Assembly: GCA_964412455.1 (NCBI GenBank)
Contig: CAYPOT010000009.1
Coordinates: 5,179-69,178, forward strand
Reading direction: 5' to 3'
Source: an uncultured Nitrospiraceae bacterium
Lineage (GTDB): Bacteria > Nitrospirota > UBA9217
Length of the DNA: 64,000 nt
Shown here: positions 55,778-64,000 of the stretch, piece by piece
How positions within the stretch are numbered: the stretch's first letter is position 1
Layout of the letters: each line of letters begins with the position of its first letter
Position numbers and translations under genes: made by a program
The notes under the pieces: generated by a model
The model's input: the letters and a program-made list of their open reading frames with translations, nothing else
The model's database searches: none
What the model was told of the DNA's origin: nothing

Positions 55778-57099
55778 AAGTTGTTGGCTTGAACATAGAC
55801 ACGGGGCGGCTTGCGGTCTCCGTGGTGCAGCGAAAGTTCGGCAAGTCCGAGCTGATGGATTCGTTCATCCGCTCCTTCGTCACCGACGCCGAACTGGTTG
55901 AGGTCCTCCGGGAGCAGTCTGCGGTCTGGGCAGGGGCGAAGATCGTCCTTGCCATCCCCGGCCGGTTCTTCAGCCAGCGCGTGCTCACGCTCCCTTTTGC
56001 CGACAGGAAACGCGTCGAGAAGGCCCTGCCTTTCGAGGTCGAGGACATCATACCTTTTGATCTCGAAGACGTCGTGCTTGATCATCTCGTGCTGGGGAGC
56101 GCGGGGGTCGGGAAGGAATCGGAAACGCAGGTGCTCTGCATGATGCTGCCGAAGGCGGTCCTGCGTCAACACCTGGACCTGCTGGCGGGCGCGGGGATCG
56201 ACCCCCAGGCCGTTGTGCCGTCCTATGCCGGGCTCTTTTCCATCGCGAACATGATGCCTATAGAGTCCGGCACGCTCCTGCTCTGCGGTTCCGACGCCTG
56301 CCTCAGGTCCCCGGTCGCGCTGAAGGCCCTCCGGAGCTTCTCCGGCAGCCAGTCCACCGGTGGTCTCCGTCATGTTCTGCAGGCGCTCGTGACCGAGCAT
56401 CGGGAGCCAGTGGAGAAGGCGGCGCTGCTGATCGACAATGAGGCTGCGCTGGCGGTCCTTGTCGAGGCCGGTGTTGCGGCGGAGCCGGTGACGCCGGAGA
56501 TCAACGGGAAGAAGGCGCAGGACCCGGTCAGCCTGGGGATCGCGCTCCTGGACGAGTTGAACTTCCGCAGGGGCGAGTTTGCGTATCGTGCGGCGGACGA
56601 AGGTACACGCCGCAAGAGGCGCATGCTCATCATCGCCGGGGCGGTCGCTGCCGTCCTGTTCACCGTGAATGTCGCGGTGAAACTGTCCATCGTCCGTTCC
56701 GGCTATGGAAAGCTCGACGCCGAGATCAAGGAGCTCTATCGTCAGACCTTTCCCGACGGCAGGCCGGCTGACGATCCAGTGAGGCAGATGCAGGACAAAA
56801 TGAACGAGGCGAAGAAGCGTTTCGGGGTTTTGGGCTCCGGGACATCGGCGCTGGACGTGATGAAGACGGTCACCGACGGCATCCCGAAAGAGGTCCGGGT
56901 CAATTTTACCGAATTCGTCCTGGAGAGCGAACGGCTGAAGCTCCAGGGAGAGGCGTCCTCGTTCGAGGCCGTGGACAAGATCAAGGCCGAGCTCCAGAAA
57001 TCGCCGCTCTTTGCCGATGTCGCGGTGCAGGATACCCGCATGGGTGTTGATAACAAGGTGAAGTTCCGGTTCGAGATGAAGTTGAAGCAGGGGATGTGA
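55774..57099 (+). CDS. gspL: Type II secretion system protein L
   Basis: 441 aa, PilM/actin-like N-domain, central TM segment (MLIIAGAVAAVLFTVNVAV). Overlaps the gspK stop. Confidence 0.7.
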   Translation: MKVVGLNIDTGRLAVSVVQRKFGKSELMDSFIRSFVTDAELVEVLREQSAVWAGAKIVLAIPGRFFSQRVLTLPFADRKRVEKALPFEVEDIIPFDLEDVVLDHLVLGSAGVGKESETQVLCMMLPKAVLRQHLDLLAGAGIDPQAVVPSYAGLFSIANMMPIESGTLLLCGSDACLRSPVALKALRSFSGSQSTGGLRHVLQALVTEHREPVEKAALLIDNEAALAVLVEAGVAAEPVTPEINGKKAQDPVSLGIALLDELNFRRGEFAYRAADEGTRRKRRMLIIAGAVAAVLFTVNVAVKLSIVRSGYGKLDAEIKELYRQTFPDGRPADDPVRQMQDKMNEAKKRFGVLGSGTSALDVMKTVTDGIPKEVRVNFTEFVLESERLKLQGEASSFEAVDKIKAELQKSPLFADVAVQDTRMGVDNKVKFRFEMKLKQGM

Positions 57100-57106
57100 A
57101 CTCTTT

Positions 57107-57195
57107 CGTCATTCCAGTGGAAACGGGAATCCAGTCTTTGCATGCTGTTCCTTGGGTCCTGGGTACCCGCTGTCGCGGGTATGACGACATATAGT
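57107..57195. repeat. Pair of R2 REP hairpins
   Basis: gtcattccagtggaaacgggaatccag and ggtacccgctgtcgcgggtatgacgac. Confidence 0.7.
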
Positions 57196-57259
57196 GAGTA
57201 CATTGCAGTTCGAAAGAAGGCTGACCGTGTTCATCCGTGGTTGCCCTTAGAGGTTTTAT

Positions 57260-57763
57260 TTGAAGCTGGAATCGAAGGATAAAAAGACACTCATCATCGG
57301 CGGATCGATCGCGGCGGCGATCCTGCTGTACGCGTTCGTCCTGTCTCCGTTCATGGAGGACCTTGGCCGGAAGCGCGACCTCATTCCGAAAAAGCAGCGC
57401 GACCTCGAGGACATGAAGAAGCTCCGCGACGAGTACGGGGAGATCCAGAAACAGCTGCAGCTGGTCCAGGACGCGGCTGCCAAGCGCGGCCCGCTCCTGA
57501 CGGAGATCGAGAACATCACGAAGCGAGCTAACCTGAACAGCAAGATCGTATCCCTCAAACCCCAGCCAGGGGCCCAGACCGACGGTTTCAAGGAGAGCAT
57601 CGTCGAGATCAAGCTCGACAACATCACGCTCTACGACGTGGTGAACTATGTCTACCTCCTGGAGAAAGCGACAGTCCGCGTCCGGAAGCTCTCGTTCAAA
57701 CCCCGGTATGATAACCCGAAGATCCTGAACGCCACGCTGCTCGTATCAAGCGCCGGTTTATGA
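57260..57763 (+). CDS. gspM: Type II secretion system protein M
   Basis: TTG start; N-terminal TM (LIIGGSIAAAILLYAFVL) then a GspM-like periplasmic domain. Confidence 0.6.
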   Translation: MKLESKDKKTLIIGGSIAAAILLYAFVLSPFMEDLGRKRDLIPKKQRDLEDMKKLRDEYGEIQKQLQLVQDAAAKRGPLLTEIENITKRANLNSKIVSLKPQPGAQTDGFKESIVEIKLDNITLYDVVNYVYLLEKATVRVRKLSFKPRYDNPKILNATLLVSSAGL

Positions 57764-57823
57764 TGGGTCAGTATTTTTTCACCTCCCCCTTGAGGGGGGA
57801 GGGTAGGGTGAGGGTGAAGAGAT

Positions 57824-58204
57824 TTGAAGAATAATCTTTTAGTACTCGCCAAAGACCTCAGGAAAAACTCAACTGACGCAGAACGACTATTGTGGAAACA
57901 TCTTCGAGGCAAGCAATTTGACAGGATGAAATTCAGAAGACAACAGCCGATTGGCAGGTATATTGTTGATTTCGTCTGTTTCGAAAGGAAAATAGTCGTT
58001 GAAGTCGATGGTGGTCAGCATACAGATGCGAAAGATCAGGATGCAATCCGGGATTCCTGGTTGCATGGTCAAGGGTACACGGTGTTTCGCTTCTGGAACC
58101 ATGATGTTTTGCAAAATATCGAAGGTGCGTTAATCAAAATCCTGAATCACCCTCCCCAAACCCCTCCCCTCAAGGGAGGGGATAATTATTATCATGATCG
58201 ATAG
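57824..58204 (+). CDS. DUF559 (Vsr-like endonuclease fold) protein inserted in the T2SS operon
   Basis: LAKDLRKNSTDAERLLWKHLRGKQF...VDFVCFERKIVVEVDGGQH...RFWNHDV is the DUF559 signature. Flanked by R1-variant hairpins at 57782-57815 and 58160-58192. Confidence 0.65.
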   Translation: MKNNLLVLAKDLRKNSTDAERLLWKHLRGKQFDRMKFRRQQPIGRYIVDFVCFERKIVVEVDGGQHTDAKDQDAIRDSWLHGQGYTVFRFWNHDVLQNIEGALIKILNHPPQTPPLKGGDNYYHDR

Positions 58205-59024
58205 AACAACGCTCATTCGCAGGCTTTCCTTTGCCCTCTACTTCGTCATTGCCTTTCTGACGTTCCTTGTATTCCTGTTCCCTTTTGAGCGGATCAAAAC
58301 CAGGCTGGAATCAGAGGTCCGGTCGCGAACTCCGCTGGAACTGAGCATTACGCGCATTTCGCCGCTGTTTATAAACCGGTTCGTGCTCTCGGAGGTGGTT
58401 GTGGCCGACCGAACCGGCAGGGTGCTGTTCGAGAGCCCGTCGGTCCGCACGCATGTGTCGCTTTTCAGATTCCTCCGGGGCCTCCTGACCGTGAACATCA
58501 AGGCGAAGGCCTACGGCGGGGCCGTGTCCCTGAGAACGGAGCAGGGCGCGAAACGCCAGTACATCGCCCTGGACGCTGAAGGGCTGGACATCGGCTCGTA
58601 TACGCTCTTAAAGAACCTCGGCATCACGTTGTCGGGAAGGCTGGGCGGATCGTATGAGGCGACCGGAGATGCGGGCAAAGGACGTCTGGTGATCAAGAAC
58701 CTGGCGAGCCGCGAGCTCAAGATCATGGGGTTCCCGGTGCCGGACCTGGATTTCGATCAGGCGTGGCTCGAAGGCGAGGTCAAGGGGGACCGTTTCACCA
58801 TCCGGAAGCTGGAGCTCGACGGAAAAGAACTGAAGGTCCGGATCACGGGTGACCTGGTGATGCGGGAGCGGGGGACCCTCAATCTGGTGGTGAAGTTAAA
58901 GCCGTCGGAGCGTCTCGCAACGGAACAGGCAGGGCTTCTTTCATTCCTCAAGAACAGGGACGCCGAGGGGTTCTACCAGTTCACGCTCGGGGGAACGGTG
59001 ACTGAACCGATGCCGCGGCTGTGA
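58194..59024 (+). CDS. gspN: Type II secretion system protein N
   Basis: N-terminal TM (LSFALYFVIAFLTFLVFLF) and GspN-like periplasmic domain at the end of the gsp operon. Confidence 0.6.
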   Translation: MIDRTTLIRRLSFALYFVIAFLTFLVFLFPFERIKTRLESEVRSRTPLELSITRISPLFINRFVLSEVVVADRTGRVLFESPSVRTHVSLFRFLRGLLTVNIKAKAYGGAVSLRTEQGAKRQYIALDAEGLDIGSYTLLKNLGITLSGRLGGSYEATGDAGKGRLVIKNLASRELKIMGFPVPDLDFDQAWLEGEVKGDRFTIRKLELDGKELKVRITGDLVMRERGTLNLVVKLKPSERLATEQAGLLSFLKNRDAEGFYQFTLGGTVTEPMPRL

Positions 59025-59069
59025 TCTTTTCGCACCCCTGTCCTGTCGTTCTACCGCATCTCTTTCCGC

Positions 59070-59870
59070 TCAGAATTTCAGGATGAACTTTACGCCGATC
59101 TCGGTAGAGTTGTTGTCCGGTTCGACCAGGCCCCAACCGGTGGGTGCTCCATAGTAGGTGAGGGGCTTCATATTCGATCTGTCGATCTTCCAATACTTGT
59201 AGAAGGGTTCGATGATGATGTCTTGTTTGCCGGACCGAACGAACCGGAGGGAGACGCGATAGCCGTGGCCCGTTGACTGCTGGTTCTCAACGTCATTGAA
59301 GCCTTGATCCGCGTCGCTCAGGTAGCTCTTTTGTGTCCCCGAGATGAATAGATCGTACTCGAGGGTATACCCGAAGCTCCAGTCGTCGCGGCTCTTTGGG
59401 GCGCCTTCAATGCCGATCGGGATGTAGAGATAGGTCGATTCCCGCCTATAGCCGCCGGGACCCTTGTTCGCTCCGTCGAACAGGTACCGGTAACCGAATC
59501 CTATATAGGGAAGGTAGTATTCCGACAGGTACACGAAATCAGTCGGACCGATAACCCCACGGGTCTCGAACATCGTGTCGCTGATGCCCTTCACGGTGAG
59601 CGATGTGCCATCCTGGTAGGAACCGACATAATCCACCTTGCCGGTGGTCAGAGTGCCATCGACCTTCCACATCAGCGCTTTGCCGATCCTGGCATAAGAG
59701 GCGTTTACCCCGTACATGTATCCGCTTTCCCGCATGAGGCCCGGCTCTTTGTAAGTTATGTGCGAGAGCTGTATCCCGGCGTCGAACATCTCGGGTTTCA
59801 AGGTGAGCGCTGATGCTTCGGACATCCCGGTCAGGACGAGGCATGCAACGAGCAGGACCGATCTTTTCAT
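59070..59870 (-). CDS. Outer-membrane beta-barrel protein (MipA/OmpV-like?)
   Basis: Signal peptide MKRSVLLVACLVLTGMSEASA, alternating amphipathic strands, C-terminal ...KFILKF. GGAGGAGAGA RBS. Confidence 0.55.
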   Translation of the reverse strand: MKRSVLLVACLVLTGMSEASALTLKPEMFDAGIQLSHITYKEPGLMRESGYMYGVNASYARIGKALMWKVDGTLTTGKVDYVGSYQDGTSLTVKGISDTMFETRGVIGPTDFVYLSEYYLPYIGFGYRYLFDGANKGPGGYRRESTYLYIPIGIEGAPKSRDDWSFGYTLEYDLFISGTQKSYLSDADQGFNDVENQQSTGHGYRVSLRFVRSGKQDIIIEPFYKYWKIDRSNMKPLTYYGAPTGWGLVEPDNNSTEIGVKFILKF

Positions 59871-60130
59871 TCTCTCCTCCGCGTACATGTTGGGGTTTCA
59901 GAAAACGATCAGGCGATGGCCGATCCGGTGCCATGCTGTTCATGAGAGCAGGTCATGAAAAAATGTCAAGAATGGCCCGCCCGTCAGGCAGGACAATGCC
60001 CCCGTCGCGTCATAGGCACTGACATGGTAGAGCGTGCTTCCGTTCATGTAGCCCAGTCCGAAGCCGAACAGGCCTTCACCCGACATAACCTTCGCCGGGC
60101 GAGTGTTGTTTTCCTGTGTCGTCGAAAACT

Positions 60131-61330
60131 TCAGAACCTTAACGCCAGACTCGCCGAGGCCTGCGCTTCCTGTTCCTCGAAGTCGTACGCACCAGCAAGG
60201 TCGAAGCGCAGGAAGAACACGCGCAGACCCAGCCCGGCCGTATAAACGACATTGGCGAGGTCGTTCGCTGTGTTCTTGTAGGCGCCTGCCCGAAGGCTCA
60301 GGATCTCGTTCAACACGGTGAGCTCGATTCCGCCCGCGATGGTCTGGTCCTCGGTGCTTTCCGTGAAGGACTTGTTCTTGGACAGGTCGAAGTCCGCCGA
60401 CAGCGTCAGGTTGTCGATGGGCTTCCAGGCCACGCCCGCCCGGTACTGGGGCTTGATCTCGATCTCGCCTGCCGCCACCGCCGCGAGTGACACGTCGCCC
60501 GTCCCGTTCTTCACCGCGGCAACTCCGGCGATTGGGAACGAAGGCGAATTGAGATACCGGCCCACGACGCCGATGTCGAGGCCGGCAACGGGCTTATACA
60601 GGATGCCCGCGTCGACCGAAGCCTTGCTGCTCGTCGTCTCGCTGTTATTCATGGTGTCGCTGAAGGTGTCATAATTGCCCGTGCGGATGCTTTCCGAATG
60701 GAGGAAGGTGCTGGCATAGATCATCTTGGCGTTGGCGCCGATCAGGACGTGGTCTCCCAGCGGGGTCGCAAAGGAGATGGCCGGTTCCACCAGGACGACG
60801 CCGACCGCGGTGACCGCCGAGTTGTTGTTCTGGATGGACGGCGTTGGCAGCGCAGTGCCCAGGTTCAGTGTGTCGATGGTTGGGAATATCTCCGCGTAGC
60901 CTATGCCGATCGCACTGAACGCCAGCGCTGAACTGGAAACGGGGAACGACACGAGCAGCCCTCCCGACACATCAGCGTTCGTGACGGCGTTCGGGCGGTC
61001 CAGGTCGAGGAGAAACGCCTTCAGTTCGTTCACGGCCGAATAGTTTAAGGCGTTCATCTCGTCGTAGATGACATTAATGCGGTCCCAGTTGTTGCTGAGG
61101 TCCATGTAGTCCCGGAGCGCCACGCCGACCGGGATGCGTATGTCCACCTTCCGGAAGTTGGCCAGCGCGGCCGGGTTCCAGTATACAGCTGTCGAGTCGT
61201 TCACCGCGGCCACCGACGCGCCGCCCATCCCGAGGGCCCGCGGGCCGAGGACGGCGAACTGCGCCGCCTGCGCCAGGACCGGGACTAGGACCAGTGAAAG
61301 TGCAAGCAGGACCGAACAATATCTTTTCAT
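60131..61330 (-). CDS. Outer-membrane transport protein, FadL/TodX/PorV-like
   Basis: Signal peptide MKRYCSVLLALSLVLVPVLAQA, then LGPRALGMGGASVAAVNDSTAVYWNPAALA (FadL-family N-terminal pattern); C-terminal ...ALRF. Confidence 0.5.
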   Translation of the reverse strand: MKRYCSVLLALSLVLVPVLAQAAQFAVLGPRALGMGGASVAAVNDSTAVYWNPAALANFRKVDIRIPVGVALRDYMDLSNNWDRINVIYDEMNALNYSAVNELKAFLLDLDRPNAVTNADVSGGLLVSFPVSSSALAFSAIGIGYAEIFPTIDTLNLGTALPTPSIQNNNSAVTAVGVVLVEPAISFATPLGDHVLIGANAKMIYASTFLHSESIRTGNYDTFSDTMNNSETTSSKASVDAGILYKPVAGLDIGVVGRYLNSPSFPIAGVAAVKNGTGDVSLAAVAAGEIEIKPQYRAGVAWKPIDNLTLSADFDLSKNKSFTESTEDQTIAGGIELTVLNEILSLRAGAYKNTANDLANVVYTAGLGLRVFFLRFDLAGAYDFEEQEAQASASLALRF

Positions 61331-61454
61331 GACCATACCTCCCCTATCGAATATTGAGTGATGGAAGCATATCACGGAAGCTTTCATAAATCAAGGTTCC
61401 GGTTGGGAAATAGAATTTGACAACCCCTATGGTAAGCAATAGAATGACCGCACC

Positions 61455-62825
61455 ATGAAAGCAAAGGTCAAAACGGTCTATGTATGCCAGTCCTGCGGCT
61501 CGCAGTCGCCGCGGTGGATGGGAAAATGCCCCGACTGCAACCAGTGGAACACGCTGGTCGAGGAGCGGGTCGAGAAGCAGAAGGACATCGGGGCCGCCAA
61601 GCGCGGCAAGGGGTCGGAGCCGCTCTCCCTGAACGAGATCACGATCGGCGACGAGGACCGGTTCGTCACGAAGATCGGCGAGCTCGACCGGGTGCTGGGC
61701 GGCGGTATCGTGACCGGGTCCGTCGTGCTGATCGGCGGCGACCCGGGCATAGGAAAATCCACGCTGGTGCTTCAGATGCTCAGGCAGGTGTCGGAGCTTC
61801 GCGGCAAGGCGCTCTACGTATCGGGCGAGGAATCACCCGCCCAGATCAAGATGCGCGCGCAGCGCCTGGGCGTCAAGGCGGAGAACCTTTACGTACTGGC
61901 CGAGACGTCGCTCGACGAGATCCTGCGCGCTGCCGATGAGCTTCAGCCCCAGGTCATCGTTATCGACTCGGTCCAGACGGTCTATACGTCGGAGTTGCCG
62001 TCAGCTCCCGGGAGCGTGGGCCAGGTGCGCGAAGTGTCCGGCAGGCTCATGATCCATGCCAAGAAGACGGGCATCCCGACCTTCCTCATCGGCCACGTGA
62101 CCAAGGACGGCGCCATCGCCGGTCCACGCGTGCTCGAACATATCGTGGATACGGTTCTCTATTTCGAGGGCGACCGGGGCCATGCCTTCCGCATCCTGCG
62201 GGCCGTTAAGAACCGCTTCGGGTCCACGAACGAGATCGGCGTGTTCGAGATGAAGGAATCAGGTCTCGCCGAAGTGGCGAATCCGTCGGAGATGTTCCTT
62301 GCCGAGCGGCCGAAGGACGCAACGGGTTCCGTGGTCGTCTCGTCCCTCGAAGGCACGCGGCCCATCCTGGCCGAGCTCCAAGCGCTCGTAACCCCCACCA
62401 AGATGACCATGCCGCGCAGGACCAGCATCGGCGTGGACTACAACCGCGTATCGCTGCTCATCGCCGTGCTCGAAAAACGGGTCGGCATGCATCTCATGGG
62501 TATGGACGTGTTCGTGAACGTGGTCGGCGGCCTCAAGATCGACGAGCCCGCCGTGGACCTCGGCATTATCGCTGCTGTTGCTTCGAGCTTCCGTGATAAG
62601 CCTATCAACGCCAATACCGTCGTGATGGGCGAGGTGGGCCTTGCCGGAGAGGTCCGCGCCATCAGCCAGGCTGAGGTGCGGTTGAAGGACGCGGCGAAGC
62701 TCGGATTCACGCGGTGCATCCTGCCCGCAGTGAACGTGGAAAAGCTGGACAAGGCCGCGGGCCTCGGGAAGATGCAGCTCATGGGAGTGCGGACCGTGGA
62801 TGAAGCGATGGAGAGGTTGTTTTGA
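61455..62825 (+). CDS. radA: DNA repair protein RadA/Sms
   Basis: N-terminal C4 zinc finger CQSCGSQSPRWMGKCPDCNQW, Walker A GDPGIGKST, KNRFG motif, Lon-like C-domain. Confidence 0.9.
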   Translation: MKAKVKTVYVCQSCGSQSPRWMGKCPDCNQWNTLVEERVEKQKDIGAAKRGKGSEPLSLNEITIGDEDRFVTKIGELDRVLGGGIVTGSVVLIGGDPGIGKSTLVLQMLRQVSELRGKALYVSGEESPAQIKMRAQRLGVKAENLYVLAETSLDEILRAADELQPQVIVIDSVQTVYTSELPSAPGSVGQVREVSGRLMIHAKKTGIPTFLIGHVTKDGAIAGPRVLEHIVDTVLYFEGDRGHAFRILRAVKNRFGSTNEIGVFEMKESGLAEVANPSEMFLAERPKDATGSVVVSSLEGTRPILAELQALVTPTKMTMPRRTSIGVDYNRVSLLIAVLEKRVGMHLMGMDVFVNVVGGLKIDEPAVDLGIIAAVASSFRDKPINANTVVMGEVGLAGEVRAISQAEVRLKDAAKLGFTRCILPAVNVEKLDKAAGLGKMQLMGVRTVDEAMERLF

Positions 62826-62939
62826 GGGACGGGTCGACAAGTTCCCAGGATTCGCGAAAATTGCCGATGAATGGTGTTGGATGTCGATGCAATTTGGTAT
62901 AGTATAAAAGAGAACGATCGTAATGCGGAGGTGTCAGAC

Positions 62940-63161
62940 ATGAAATTTACGAGAATAACCGTTGATCCTGAGGTAATGTTCGGAAAACCATGCATACGCG
63001 GTTTGCGGTTTCCCGTGTCCCGTGTTCTCGGGTTGCTTTCAGCCGGAGAATCAAAAGATTCAATTCTAAAAGCCTACCCCTACCTTGAGCCGCAGGATAT
63101 CGATGAAACGCTTGCATACGCGGCGGCGTTCGCGGATGAGGAAATCATGGAGTTTGCGTGA
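62940..63161 (+). CDS. DUF433 antitoxin-like protein
   Basis: MKFTRITVDPEVMFGKPCIRGLRFPVSRVL is the typical DUF433 N-terminus; GGAGG RBS. Confidence 0.6.
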   Translation: MKFTRITVDPEVMFGKPCIRGLRFPVSRVLGLLSAGESKDSILKAYPYLEPQDIDETLAYAAAFADEEIMEFA

Positions 63162-63481
63162 GATTTCTCATTGACATGCCGCTTTCACCGGGACTTGCAA
63201 CATGGCTCAGGGAACGCGGCCACGAGGCTGATCATGCGTCTGCTGTCGGTCTTCATAACGCAAAGGACCAGCGGATCATCGAGGTCGCGCGAGAACAGAA
63301 CCGCATCATTGTTACAGCCGACCTTGACTATCCTCAACTTCTTGCCGTTAGCCGCGCCAAAGATCCGGGTGTCTTTTGTTCCGAGGCGGAAACTACAATG
63401 AGCAAGAGATGCTGCGGCTTCTGGAACGAGTTCTTGAACGCTCTCCCGAAGAGAAGCTTCGCAATACTGTTACGGTTGTAG
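63158..63481 (+). CDS. DUF5615 (PIN-like) putative toxin
   Basis: MRFLIDMPLSPGLATWLRERGHEADHA... resembles the DUF5615 N-terminus (MkfLlDenls...l...G.d). Overlaps DUF433 by 4 nt. Confidence 0.55.
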   Translation: MRFLIDMPLSPGLATWLRERGHEADHASAVGLHNAKDQRIIEVAREQNRIIVTADLDYPQLLAVSRAKDPGVFCSEAETTMSKRCCGFWNEFLNALPKRSFAILLRL

Positions 63482-63515
63482 ATAAAGTCCGGATCAGGCG
63501 TTGTCCGTTGCCGAT

Positions 63516-63682
63516 AGACTAGTACAGTGTAAATTTAATTCCTGATGGTGTCGCGCCCTTTTTCTCGTCACCCCGGCATGATTTTAGCCGGGGTCCAGAG
63601 GTTTAAATCCCTGGATTCCGGCTTAGAACGTGCCGGAATGACGGCGTTGAACCATTAACAACTATGTTTACAGTGTACTAGA
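63516..63682. repeat. REP hairpin cluster bounded by imperfect 15-bp inverted repeats CTAGTACAGTGTAAA / TTTACAGTGTACTAG
   Basis: Contains an R2-family copy (cctggattccggcttagaacgtgccggaatgac) and a further hairpin ccccggcatgattttagccgggg. Confidence 0.5.
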
Positions 63683-63843
63683 GTTGTCGAAAATCGCCTG
63701 ATACGATGCTCATGTCACCGCTTGCTGGCCGACATCCGGACCGTGGACGAAACGAGGGCGCGGCTGTTTTGAGAGGAAACTGCTCGACGAAGGCGCACCG
63801 AGTGAAAAGGCATGGTCAATTGTCGGTTCAGGAGGAAAAAGCC

Positions 63844-64000
63844 ATGAAGTGCGTTTTTTGCGATGGTGAAACGAAGAAACAGGCGGTGACGTTCAGTTAC
63901 GAAGAGGGCGACAGATACTTTCTTGTTGAACATGTTCCCGCCGAGGTATGCGAGCGGTGCGGTGAAAAGACATATTCGCCCGATGTCGCGGATGAGATGC
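63844..64000 (+). CDS. YgiT/MqsA-type zinc-ribbon antitoxin-like protein, 3'-truncated at window edge
   Basis: MKCVFCDGETKKQAVTFSYEEGDRYFLVEHVPAEVCERCGEKTYSPDV (CxxC...CxxC zinc ribbon). Confidence 0.5.
   Translation, partial: MKCVFCDGETKKQAVTFSYEEGDRYFLVEHVPAEVCERCGEKTYSPDVADEM

Noticed and set aside
63540-63650. tRNA-like T-loop (aggtttaaatccctgg) in the REP cluster
   Set aside because: No acceptable acceptor, D or anticodon arms, and the flanking stems do not pair as a T-arm. It is better explained as REP hairpins.

Overview
High-GC (~60% GC by eye) bacterial chromosome segment, probably from an anaerobe (group-3b-type [NiFe] hydrogenase, class I Fe-S fumarase, Nfu-like protein with an in-frame TGA). 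The conserved core comprises uppS-cdsA-dxr-rseP-ispG, proS, mdh-fumAB-apt, a hydBGDA hydrogenase operon, murein-recycling genes (namZ plus a MurU/AmgK-like fusion), a complete type II secretion operon gspC(x2)DEFGHIJKLM(N) and radA. Two accessory regions interrupt this core. (i) Region 5.3-13.8 kb between ispG and proS holds two toxin-antitoxin modules, duplicated ispG-3' and proS-5' gene-end fragments, and a visibly AT-rich, translationally coupled five-gene operon: HD-domain dNTPase-like, DNA N4/N6-methyltransferase, membrane protein, NodU/CmcH-type carbamoyltransferase, HEPN-motif protein. This operon is the best candidate for a previously undescribed defence or DNA-modification system. (ii) Region 23.4-32.7 kb between apt and the hydrogenase operon holds XRE-Panacea/RelE-like and HicB-DUF3800-HicA(pseudo) modules, a 948-aa Mrr-nuclease/SF2-helicase fusion with four C-terminal tandem repeats, and a two-gene insert flanked by ~300-bp direct repeats of the hydA 3' end. 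At least five families of intergenic hairpin or REP-like repeats are scattered through the window, and some are fused in-frame to gene termini (hydD C-terminus, pseudopilin leader peptides). I recognised no rRNA, tRNA or CRISPR array. Coordinates of start codons are from manual inspection and carry the usual uncertainty.
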